Positions 13,377 to 24,763 of a DNA stretch of 64,000 nucleotides are shown in pieces; within the stretch, counting starts at the first letter, position 1, and each line of letters opens with the position of its first letter. The notes under the pieces were generated by a model. The model had not been told where the DNA came from, did no database searches, and was given only the letters and a program-made list of their open reading frames with translations. This stretch comes from Pseudogymnoascus verrucosus (Eukaryota). The stretch lies in assembly GCA_001662655.1 (NCBI GenBank), contig KV460217.1, one strand, 5' to 3'. Made by a program: the position numbers and the translations under genes.

Positions 13377-14064
13377 CTACTGGCCCTGGTTGGTATCCGC
13401 AGCCGCGCCCGTCACCATCTTGCGCAGCTCGAACTCCTTGGTGAATTCACGGCTCAGCTGAGCCAGCTCGGCCACGAGGGATTTGGCGATGCCGATGACG
13501 GCTTCTTTGGGGGTGAGGGTGCCGTCGGTTTGGACGCGGAGCTCGATGGTGGCGAAGAGGGGGTGGGGGACTGGGGAGGGGTCGTTAGTTAGGTTCTGGA
13601 TGCTGTGTGGTGGTGGGGGTGGGGTGAGATACCTCTGTAACCAGCGAAGGTGACGTGAGGGTCTTTGAGCAGGTGGGCGCGCAGGAGGTTGGCCAGGGTG
13701 TGGTCCTCCTTCAAGATGGTAAAGATAGATGAGTTTGGGGTGCCTGTTCGGTCGGATTAGCTCTCAGTTCACGTGTATGAGGTAGAATTGTGGTGAACTT
13801 ACGAGTATCAACAGCCTCAGTGATCTTCTTCTCTCCATCACCCAAGAGGAAGAGTTCGAATCTGTCAGTGATGTTAACTTCCGTTCCCACACGTTGCATG
13901 TGCTCGAAGCGGTCCAGGAGGTGGCTGTCAGGATTGAAGCTGGCCATCGTGTTGGGGGGGCGGTTGTAGACCGATTTGAGGTTGGCAAGCTCGACCTCAA
14001 GGCGATTGGGGACGTTGATTAAGTGGGCAGTTTGAATGACAGGATCGTCATAAGAGTAGGCCAT
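13377..14064 (-). CDS. RPB11: RNA polymerase II subunit Rpb11 (start uncertain; N-terminally extended)
   Basis: [15 protein letters not shown]...[41 protein letters not shown]. Introns 13802-13744 and 13632-13571; TAG at 13379-13377. Confidence 0.93.
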
Positions 14065-15318
14065 TGCGGTTCGCTGCCGATGCTGGCTTTTGACCGTTTT
14101 CTTAGGAGTACAGGCGTATAATTACAACTCAGACGGTTTGTTTTTATGTTGGAAGACAGAGTTGCGACAGATGGTTTGTAGAGTTGGTTGGGAATATGTG
14201 CCGAGTTTGTTGTGCACATAGGACGATGTCTGGAGTATTGTGGTGTCTCCTGGCTTATGCCTTCGCGCAACCCCCTCCACACCCCGCCTATCTCCTATCG
14301 GCAGCGTACACTATTCCAGAGCCATCGCTATGCTTTTTTTATCTTTCAGACGGCTCGTATAGAAGACTCTCTTTATACGTCGGTCCTTTTTCCCAGAACC
14401 ATGCTGACGATCCCCAGGCCATGTCCCATTTGCTTCTTGCGCCATAAATCGTCGAGGAAGCCGAGCCCGGAGAAACACCCTCTACCGCTTCTATTTTTTC
14501 TCGCCGTGTGCCCACCCATCTTATATCAAGCCCAGGCACCATTCGAAGTTGTCGCGCCACGCCCATCTACGCCCTCAAGTTCCTCGCCACGATGTCGTTG
14601 CCCACGTTCCAGAATATCCACACGCTCCAGAGGACCGCAACCAAAGCAAGGAGCAACGGAAGGGATGCAACTAACCTATCCGGTGCGTTCATGGTTATAT
14701 ATATATCGGTTTATCGTCTAAGAATGGTCGTTCGTTCTCCGGCAGTTCTTCCAAAAGTGGCGGCGCACTTGCAAAGGCGGCAAGAAAGGATATGGCACTT
14801 TTGGCTATATCATATAAGGGGTATAGAAAGAGATAACTAAGGCAAATGGAAATGGAAAGTCGTACAAGTGAAGATAGATGCCAAGGGAGCTATCGCAGGT
14901 CGTATCGAAATAGACCTTCGACATGGAAATTTACCTTTCGACGCCCTATGTCTGATGGCGCGGCTCTGCGGGAACGCTTGTCTATTTTTGGATCTTGGCG
15001 CCATCACGTCTTGGCAAGGGCGTGGCTCCTTCCGAGGTCCGATATATGATGTCAAAGCTAGTGTATTTATAAATCATCTCGGAATCTGCCCGAGAGGTGA
15101 CTCTTACATATATATTACATGGTAGGTCGTCGAGTTGTCGACTGTTTGTATGAAATCTATTATATATCCTCCCCATCATATATATCTTCTCCTCAATCTA
15201 ACTCCCAGTTTCTCTTTTTGAACCTACCAGCTTGGCGTGAATGTGATAAGATATAGTACCCCGCCATCCACAACAAACCAACAGCAACTTCAAAAGCAAA
15301 GCATCTCAGCTCTTCACA

Positions 15319-16395
15319 ATGGCTTCCAACCCAGCCAGCTCCACTTCCAAGACGCTGGTCCAGCAATACCCCGGCACCACCTCCCCCCTCATTGTCTGCG
15401 CCCCCATGCGCCTCATCTCCTCCCCCGCCCTCGTCCACGCCGTCTCCCAGTCCGGCGGCCTTGGTTTCCTCGGCTTCGGTATCCCCGGAACAGACACAAG
15501 CATCGCAGACATCAAGATCCTCATCGATGAGGCCAACGCCCTCTTTACCTCCTCCCCATCCTCCGGCCCCGCACCCTTCGGCATCGGCTTCCTCCTCATC
15601 ACCGACCCCTCCCCAGCCGAAACCGTCACTCTCCTCGCCAGCCTCCCCCCCGCCCAAGTGCCCGCAGCAGTCTGGCTCTTCCCCGCCGCTTCCCCAGATA
15701 CGATCGCGCAGTGGACAACGAGCTTGCGCTCCCTCCCCGCTCCTCCCAAAATCTGGCTCCAGGTCGGGACGAAAGCACAAGCTCTCAGCTACGCTAAGCT
15801 ATGCCAGCCTGACGTCCTCGTCCTCCAGGGCGCCGATGCGGGTGGACACGGTCTGGCGGCTTCAGCTTCGATTGTAGCACTCGTACCTGAGACTACAGAT
15901 GCGCTCCGCGAAGCGGGGTTGAATATCCCCGTCATCGCCGCAGGGGGCATAGCGGATGGTCGCGGGGTAGCAGCGGCGACGGTGCTTGGTGCGGACGGTG
16001 TGGCGATGGGGACGCGCTTCCTTGCTTGTCCCGAGGCGAAGATCGCGCGGGGGTACCAGGATGCGGTGCTAGTTGCGTCTGATGGGGGTGTTAATACGGT
16101 ACGTACGCGACTTTATGATACGTTGAGGGGATCGAAGACGTGGCCTGAGGGGTATAATGGGAGGGGTGTTGTGAATAAGAGTTATGTGGAGAGTGAGGCG
16201 TTGGGGGTGGAGGAGAATGTGAAGAAATATTTGAAAGCTATGGAGGAAGGGGATAAGGCGTGGGGGGTTGAGGGGAGGGCGACGACGTATGCGGGGAGTG
16301 CGGTGGGGTTGGTGGGGGAGGTTAAGGGGGCGGGTAAGATTGTGGAGGAGGTGAGGGGAGATGCTATCAAGCTGTTGGGGGGGGGCAGGGCCTAA
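15319..16395 (+). CDS. Nitronate monooxygenase / 2-nitropropane dioxygenase family FMN TIM-barrel enzyme
   Basis: Motifs PLIVCAPM, QGADAGGHG, IPVIAAGGIADGRG and GVAMGTRF; intronless, 358 aa. Confidence 0.9.
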   Translation: MASNPASSTSKTLVQQYPGTTSPLIVCAPMRLISSPALVHAVSQSGGLGFLGFGIPGTDTSIADIKILIDEANALFTSSPSSGPAPFGIGFLLITDPSPAETVTLLASLPPAQVPAAVWLFPAASPDTIAQWTTSLRSLPAPPKIWLQVGTKAQALSYAKLCQPDVLVLQGADAGGHGLAASASIVALVPETTDALREAGLNIPVIAAGGIADGRGVAAATVLGADGVAMGTRFLACPEAKIARGYQDAVLVASDGGVNTVRTRLYDTLRGSKTWPEGYNGRGVVNKSYVESEALGVEENVKKYLKAMEEGDKAWGVEGRATTYAGSAVGLVGEVKGAGKIVEEVRGDAIKLLGGGRA

Positions 16396-17513
16396 TTGCG
16401 GGCAAAGTCTTATGGCTTAGAGTTTCTTTATTATAGACGCACGTATTGAATTATGATTATGATGACTGAAGCAAAGTCTTCAACTCTATACATGGTGCTG
16501 AATGAGGCCAAAGCGACGGAGATGGTCTGGTCTGGTTGAACCGTTTACAAGCCTTCCCGCCCACAAAAAGCACAAAGAACTGCAACTAAGAGATTCGAGC
16601 CCAGCAGAAGATCCCACTATAAGTTGCAGTCGTGCCGCCTACAATATCTTCAAACCAACTATAATTATAGGTGACGAAATGAGAGCTTGCTGTGCCTGTG
16701 TCGGTGTGCATTTATTCCAAGTTCCGACGTTCGGAGGTTCTACTCTTGCTCTTCTCTGCCGCCCATCTAACATTTCTTATCACCGTTAACTCCTCCCTGC
16801 TGCCGTTCGCTCCTTCCTGCCGCCGCCCCTTCCTGTCACCACTCCTTCCCATCACCGTTAGTCCCTGCCGTCGCTCGCTCCGTCTTCGTCTCTGCCACCC
16901 ATTCGCCTCATAGTCGAGGATGAAGCGTCCAATGGCCGCATTTCTTACGCCTTGAAACAGAACTCGCCCTGTTTAGGCTCCAAAGACATTCCGGCCTTGG
17001 GCCCCATGCTGTGGAAGGTTGTGAGCTCTGCCTCCGGTTGTGTTTTGAATTCGAGATCATCGAACTTTCCATCTTCTGTTTTGAGTCAATGCGATATTTC
17101 TGTCTCGGACTTTTAGTCAATAAAATTACTCTAGATACCCAGCTCTAACATTATCATCATTGCGGAGGGTGACCTTCACAGTAGCATCATGGTGCAGGGG
17201 GAAAGGGGTCGCGCGAATATGAGAAGCTGCACATTATGGTTATAGAGTCAAATTCCTACGCTAAAAGCTCTGGTATAGGCTATAAAACGCTTGCCAATGC
17301 CCCACTCAAATAAACCCATCGCAGGTACGCAGGCAAGGCCCATATTCCACAGTCCGCCAATTCCGTAACCATACAAAATCCCTTGTTATCATGATCATCA
17401 TACCCATCCCACCTACTCCGAACCAAACCCTAAGCCGACCCCCATAATCCTCCCAACTCCCCAAAACAATAGCACCTATACCCAACGCCCCCAGTCGATA
17501 CATACACCCGTCC

Positions 17514-20500
17514 TCAAGTACCACGGAACAAAAACTGCATATCCTCCGCCGTCAAGCTCTCCATAGCCGCCTCATCATTATTAATCGTGCTACGAATCAT
17601 ATTGCTCTTCTTCTCCTGCAACATCACCATCCGGCTCTCGACACTGTCCTCAATGCACAGACGCGTGATGCTGCAGGGGCGACACTGTCCAATACGATGG
17701 CACCGGTCTGCGGACTGCCATTCCGCCGCTGGGTTCCACCAAGGGTCGACGATGAAGACGTGGCTTGCTTCTGTAAGGTTGAGCGCGACACCGCCGGCCT
17801 TCAGGGAGACAAGAAAACACTCGATGGTGGGGTCTGTCATGAAGGCGTTGATACTAGCCTGGCGCTGCGCAGGTGTCATGCTACCGTCCAACATGACCGT
17901 TGTGATACCAGCACGTCTGAGGCGCCATTCAACAAGTTGAAGCATCGTGGTGAAGCCGGAGAAGATGATGCTCTTCGTTGACGAGTTCTTGGAACGTAGG
18001 AGGTGGAGATCGTACAGAAGTGCCTCAATCTTGGACGAACTGGTCCAGTTCTCCATCTTGATCCGGTTGATGATGCTTGTCTTTTTAACCGCAGACTCGT
18101 CCTGCACCATCTCTGGCTGCTCGAGGTCAATGGCTAGGAGGAGATGGCAGCGTGGGCAGTCGGGGGTTCCTGTAGATTCTTCGGATGAGGCGATGTAATT
18201 CTTCACACAAGTACGACAGAAGTCATGTTTACATGCTGATCTGATCGCATCTTCGGCTGGTTCGTCACAAATACAGCAGCACAAGATGTTCTGGCCACCA
18301 GCCCCATCTTTCTTTAGAATCAAATCCGGATGGTCTGCGACTTGGCGCATTTGCATGATCAGACCGAAAATGTTGGCGTAGTTGTTCAGCAGCACACCTT
18401 GCGAAACGTAAGTCTCGAATTTGCGAGTGCCGCTGTTCATAATGCTGCCAGCGAAATCATTCTCCTCGTCTCCGAAGAACTTGCGATCAACATAGATTTC
18501 CTTAGCTGGCAGCTCCATCGCGGCAGAGTGGTCCGTCTTGACTCGACGGAGCATGAAGCGGTCTGTAAGGAGGCGCAGTTTGGCAAATGCATCTTTGCCC
18601 GGGCCATAGTTGCCGTACTTCTGAATTGGGTTGAGTAGCTCTTGGTTGAAGACCGAGACGTGCTGCATGCCATTGTGGGAGCATTTGGTGCAGCGGTTTC
18701 TTTCGTCCATTGCCCACTCAAGTTGGCTGCAGGGGCACTGCTTGCAGAAATAACTTGCAAAAGGTCGGACATCAAGAAACCTAATCAACGAAAAGAATTC
18801 GCCAATACGGTTCTGAAGCGGGGTACCAGAGAGACACCACTTGTGGTCAGCTTTAAGTGCAAAGCAAGCTTTGGCACTTCCGGTAGTACGTTGCTAGAAA
18901 AAAATAGTCAGCTCCTGGGGAAAAACAAATCGGGTCAGCTTCTTACCTTGATGTTATGAGCCTCATCTAGAATGACTCTGTGAAACTGGATTTGGTGAAC
19001 AGGACTCTTTTGGAATGCAACCTCGTCTTTTCTCTTCCTGCCCTTCTCCTGGAAGCGGTACAATGACTCCAAACTGTTGTATGACATCAAAATTACATCG
19101 TACTTTCGAAGCGTAGCAACTGTAACACCTTTCGCGGCGCTGTTTGTCCCGTGATAAACGAAGGTCTTTAAAGTACCATCTGTATACTGCGCGATTTCTT
19201 GCTGCCACTGCATGAGAGCGACAGGAGGTATAAGGACAAGCGACGGGTTCTTGGCCGGATAATCAGACATAATCAAGGAGACAGCTTGGATCGTCTTCCC
19301 CATGCCCATCTCGTCGCCTAACAATCCTCCGCCCCACTTAGTCTTCTCCATCATCTTCATCCAATTCAAACCTTCCAGTTGGAATGGTTTCAACTCCCTC
19401 GATATATTTGTAGGCTGCTCTGCTTTGGTGGGTGGGATCTTTGGCAGATCTCTCAGCTCTTTCCACATCACTAAAAGCTCTGGGTGATGGGTCTCCAATC
19501 TTTGGCGGGCAGCCCTGGCCCTGCTCTCCAACTTATATTCTCTTCTTTGTGCCGGTGTCATCGTGGCAAAATCAGGAATCTCAGAGTCATCATTACTGCC
19601 CTCCTCGCCAGCAGAATCGGGTTGTTGAATAGGGGCAGTATAGTCGGCGGGTTCCATAGCAGGAATAGATGGCTGTTGGAAGGTACTTCGGCGTTGGGAC
19701 GGGTTATTGCCGAAGCGGCGGCGAGCTTGAACAGGACGGCGAGGTGGTTGGGTTTCTTCATCGTCCGTGAGGTTGAGAAAACCCGGGAAATCGTTCTCAT
19801 CCGCAGAGGAGGAACCGTCAGTAAACTCCGATTGTTCGTCAGAGTCAGGAACTGTCGCACGTGCTTTGCCCTTTCCATCAGACAGCTTGGCCCTCTTTGA
19901 AGGCGGATTATAAGCATCTTCGCCCTCCGAAAACTCGTCTACAAAGTTCGTCATGGGCAAAACTGATCTCCGAGGTCGTCCACGTCGACTAGTTCCGAGA
20001 GAAGTCTGACGCTCTGTGCTAACAAGCTCGCTGCGCTCATTTTCTTCCTTCTGCAATGCCCTCGCGAGCTGAGCATCCCTAGAGTTGTCTTCGAACTCAT
20101 CGTCATCATCATCCTCACTGTCCAACACCTCGTGGGACCTCTTGCTGCTGCTCCTTGGATTCAGGGCAAATTCGCTATTGCGGAGTGCTTTGGCCCGGTG
20201 GACCACGGTGGCTGTAGCCGAAGACACCTCGTGGGCAAGAGACGAGGCGATGCGGCGCCTGAGATTGCGACTACTTCTAATTAGCATTGGAACGAGAGAG
20301 GCCTATGTCATTGATTCCCAAAATCCAGCCCACAAGAAAACAGATATGAGCACTTACGTTGAGGGTTCATCTTTCACCTGAGCTGGGGTAGTAACGGCAC
20401 TTGTAGCGGGGGTAGAATAGCCACTGCTCTCATGTGCGGTAGATGCCGATGACATGGAAGTTCGGTCGATTGATTCAGCGACCTGTAGTGGATCCACGTC

Positions 20501-20575
20501 GTTCTCATCCCCAGCACCATCGTAGGTGGCTGCCATGGAACTTCTAGTCCGACGTCTTGTACTAAGAGCGACCAT
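17514..20575 (-). CDS. RAD16: SNF2-family ATPase with RING finger, global-genome NER factor Rad16
   Basis: GGLLGDEMGMGKTIQ, ILDEAHNIK, RING CCICDE..CKHDFC..C..CPRC, SLKAGGVALNL, DRCHRIGQ. Introns about 20357-20277 and 18946-18894. Confidence 0.95.
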
Positions 20576-21299
20576 ATTTGTGTTGAGGCCCTGCCTTGCC
20601 CTTCAAGTTCGTATAGTTGCTGGAGAGGAATGATGTCAGCCCAGTCCAATGATGAGATGCTCGGAGTGGATAAGGAACCCCGAATTCCGGAGATAAGACG
20701 ATATATAGATTGAGTCTACTTACATCTGTCTCTCAATGATCTGGGACCAAAATAACGACCGGAATGGGTGTCCCAAAACGACAATGGATTGATGGAAACT
20801 TGAAAACTCTTTGTGCTGGACAAAAGAACGGAGTCGTGGAAGTTGAGGTCGGTACTGGATGTGGCTAGGTGAAGCCAGGCTGGGAATCCGACTATAAGCA
20901 GCGCAGGCGGGTGCTGGTTTGCTTTTGGGAAGTGAATGAAGTCAGGGTGAATTCACTCTGGGACTGAAACGACGGGATTCGCAGTGGCCCAAAGACAGCC
21001 AAAGAGGTTGTCAAGCGGCGACGGGTAGAAGTAACGAATGCTGACTCGACAGCCAACAAAGGTGGGATTGAGTACGAATGGGTACTCAATGGCGCAGCCT
21101 TAGTCGCTCAGTATAAAGGATCTTGAAGTGAAATTCTATACATTCATAGATATTTATTTGATGAAGAGGATAGAATGTAAACAGAAGATGAAGAAAGAGA
21201 GAGATCACCCGTATTACTTCTCTGCCTCTCTCCCCTCATTGCCACCCAGCCAACGAACTAACTCGTAACATTTGCTACATCTGTCCCAGTTTCCCCCCT

Positions 21300-21465
21300 A
21301 CGCGTTAACCCAAATAGGTCTCTCCTGTCGCGGTCTCACGTGACCTAAATTACCATTTTTCAATCGAATTTTAGGCAACAGCGGCCTCTGATTGGCTGGA
21401 ATTAAATAAAATACTCCACTTAAACTACGCTCCGTGTACTCCGTCCCTTCCCGCCTATCGATAAG
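21300..21465. promoter_or_regulatory. Candidate cis-elements in the RAD16/RAD7 bidirectional promoter
   Basis: ACGCGT (MCB-like) 21300-21305, palindromic TCACGTGA 21336-21343, ATTGG (CCAAT box) 21391-21395, CGATAAG 21459-21465. Function is inferred only. Confidence 0.35.
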
Positions 21466-21827
21466 CCTTTCGGCCTTTCAGTTTTGAAGCTTGTACCTTT
21501 GTACCTGTGTACCTCGCCCCCATCGAAACTGCTCCCCCACGACTTCCCTTCACTTACATTTCATCATTTGACTTCTCTTCCTAAATATTCTAGGGGTCCT
21601 CAATCCTCAAAGGCTTCATTTATTTCTTCTCTTCTTACCTTCTACACTTCCTCACATACTTCCCTCAATACCTAGGCTATATCCTGGGTCTTCCATAGCA
21701 GTCTCACAATCACCGACCACCCATCCTTTCATTGATTATTGACCAAAGGTTATAAGAAGGCCGCGTTTGGGCAGAAGTGAAGTCAGAAGCCTCACTTCAC
21801 TGTCTGCATTAATCCGATCCATCCAAA

Positions 21828-23839
21828 ATGTAAGCCGAACCCCCAATATTAATCACACCCACTCTCATTACGAATCCATTCTCACATACAAAGGTCGAAT
21901 CCTCCACCACCTCCTCCTCCCGGTGGCCCCAATCAGGGTCCTCCTGTCGTTCGTCAACGACGAATCCAGGGACCGTACGTATAGCCGTCGAGCTGAATAC
22001 TCTGTGAACCTCTCAACTAATCCATTTATTAGAACATCTGCTTTGACAGACTTTCTTGCTGTAAGCTGCACCACCACTGACAGACCCTTGCCTCTTCATA
22101 GCTACTAACACCTTCAGTCTCACAATATCGACGCCAACAGGATTCGAAGGGATGCCGAAGCGCGTCGAGCTGCAGCGCAGGCCTCCTGGGATGCTGAGAA
22201 TAGTCGGGAGCAGTCGGAGGAAGCAGGGCTCGAAGAAGAAACACCTTTGGAGGAGAAGCCGTTGACCAAAGCCCAGCTAGCGAGGAATAAAGCTACTCAA
22301 AAGGCTGCCGCCAAAGCCAAAGCCTCCAAGACGTTTCAAAAAGCTCAAAGGAAAGGCATGGACTTTTCCGACTCGGACGATGTTGACGAAGACCTATACG
22401 GCGCATCTAGCCTTCCAAAGATCGGCCAGTTTGAGAACTGCCAGATCTGTTACATCCGGTTTTCCGTTACCCCTTACAGCCGCACAGGGCCTGGTGGCGG
22501 GCTACTCTGTATGAAATGTACTAAGGACTTGGACGATGAAGAAGGGGGTCCGAGGAAGAAGCGGAAAACTGCTGCCCGTTACAACCGTCGCAACATCGAA
22601 AGCGAACGCCTTGAGGGCACATCTGCTCGTGGTGCAAGAGACTTGGTATCGCAATGTGTGAGTACGCTTGCGAACAACGTCCACCAAGCAGAAGATTTTG
22701 GCGACCTGCCTCCAGTTCTTGTGGATAAGCTGGCGCAGCTCTTGTCGAAGAGACGCATGCTGGATTCCAGAACTCTGGACCTATTCTTGAAGCCAGGTGT
22801 CGCAAATATCACTGCGTATGACGGCGCCAAACTAAAATCCGACGACTACATTCGGATATTCCAGGTCGCCCCAACCATAAAACACCTACGCCTGCGAAAT
22901 GCAATCCAGTTTAAGGAGAAGGTCATGGATTACTTGACCGCCTCCACGGTGGAATTGGAGTCCCTGAGTCTACACGGCGCAAACCTAATCGACGACGAGC
23001 ACTGGACGAGCTTTCTGATGGCAAAGGGCACCCATCTTCGATCCCTCAAGGTCTACCATACCGATGTATCCTTCGGAGACGAGGCCATGCGCACCATCAA
23101 AGACCTCTGCCCCAATCTCACCCGCCTCAAGATCTGCCACAACCAAAAAGTCACCAGCGCAGGCCTCTACCACATCGCAGCTCTCAAGAACCTCCAGCAC
23201 CTCTCCCTCGAACTCTACAAACCTACCATCACAGAACCCTACGTCGAAATCATCACCAGCCTCGGCGCCAACCTCAAAACCCTCTCCCTAGTCGGCATCC
23301 CCGACCTCGACGACACTCTCCTCAACGCAATCCATACGCACTGCACCTCCCTCTCCAAACTCCGCCTCAAGCGCAACGAAACCTTCACCGACGCCGCCTT
23401 CGCCGCGCTCTTTACTAGCTGGCGCAACCCTGCCCTCCGCATCGTCGATCTTGGCGAGTGCCGCCACGTTGACAGTCTCACGCTCGACAACCCCGACCGC
23501 ATCGGTCTCTGCTCCGCCGGCTTCGAAGCCCTGATGGCGCACTCCGGACGTCACCTCGGGTCGCTGAATATACTCTCCTGTCGCCATATTGAGAGGGCGG
23601 CGCTTGAGCGCGCGTTTGGAGAGGGGAAGATGTATCCGGAGCTCGAGACGGTGGATGCGAGTTTCTGTGGGGATATGGATGATTTCGTGGTTGGGTGTCT
23701 GTGGCGCAGCTGTCCGAGGGTGAAGAATTTGAAGGTGTTTGGGTGCTTTGGGGTTAAGGATGTTAGGGTGCCCAGGGGGAGGAATTTGTTGGGGAATCCC
23801 AATGCGAGAGGGATGATGATTGAGGGCGAGGAGGATTAG
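21828..23839 (+). CDS. RAD7: Leucine-rich-repeat NER protein Rad7
   Basis: Spliced N-terminus MSNPPPP..RRIQGPTSALTDFLASHNI (introns 21830-21893, 21975-22032, 22061-22117), the GQFENCQIC..RFSVTPYS..LLCMKC motif, and RNI-like LRRs. Confidence 0.92.
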
Positions 23840-24218
23840 TAGGTGTTTTCAGTCTTGGGGATGGGGATGGAGATGGATGTGTTATGATTAGTGTAAGGTG
23901 TTTATATGGGATTATTGCCTTAATGGGCGATATTGGGTTTGCTTCCTGGTGTGAATAGCAAGCTGGATTGATAGGAATTAAAGCGATGATTTATTTCAAT
24001 TTTCCCGCTGCATTTTCGGTACGCACAGTACGTAGTACAAGTCGTCGGTCGCACCTTCCCAACAATCCAATCAAAAAAAGAATTAGGAAGGCGCGACCGA
24101 CATAATTTAACTATTCTCATAGATGGATGGCGTTTCACGACGATGTCTTACAACATCACAGCAATTTTTGGAATGGTATATTATGTCTTGTAGGCCGCTC
24201 CCTTCAACAAATAAACAA

Positions 24219-24313
24219 GGCGTGGTGCCAGAGTGGTTAATGGGTATGACTCGAATGCTTCAATGCGATATCATATGGTTTCGGCCGCGTAGGTTCAAAT
24301 CCTGCCCACGTCG
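24219..24313 (+). tRNA. tRNA-Ser(CGA) with a 14-nt intron (24256-24269)
   Basis: Acceptor stem GGCGTGG/CCACGTC plus G discriminator, D-arm GAGTGGTTAA, anticodon stem TATGA/TCATA around CT-CGA-A, long variable arm GGTTTCGGCC, T-loop GGTTCAAATCC, downstream T-runs. Confidence 0.95.
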
Positions 24314-24763
24314 TTTAATTTTTTTTGCGTTTTTTTTTTTTGCTCGTGACAGACACTATGTATGCTACGGGTGGGAAAACACTAGGCGCTGTGCACGCTA
24401 TACTTGTAATTGTTATTATTGTCGCTCTTGCATTCGTTTATTCTTTTTTTTAGGGGATTTTAACTTTTAGGGGTGCAACACCATTACAGTGCTAGTTAAA
24501 GTTCTCACGAGTAACTATACACAGTGTAGTGTTTGCGGTTGCTTGCGCTACGAATGAGCCCGTGGGAGTTTATGCTAGTTATTTAAGTTAATAAGATCTC
24601 AAAATAAGAAGTCAGATGAACGAATTAAACAATTGTCTTGTCAGGATAACGAGATAGAACACATAGCATGCACGTTCCCAGTCCATACAATATGCGTGTA
24701 AGGGTATTATATATTCATAGCTCATACCATCTACCAACCCCCTTCCCAACAGCCCCAACCCTC

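Noticed and set aside
14184..15180. Short ORFs between RPB11 and the nitronate monooxygenase
   Set aside because: No recognisable motif or consistent splice model; a decayed gene cannot be excluded.
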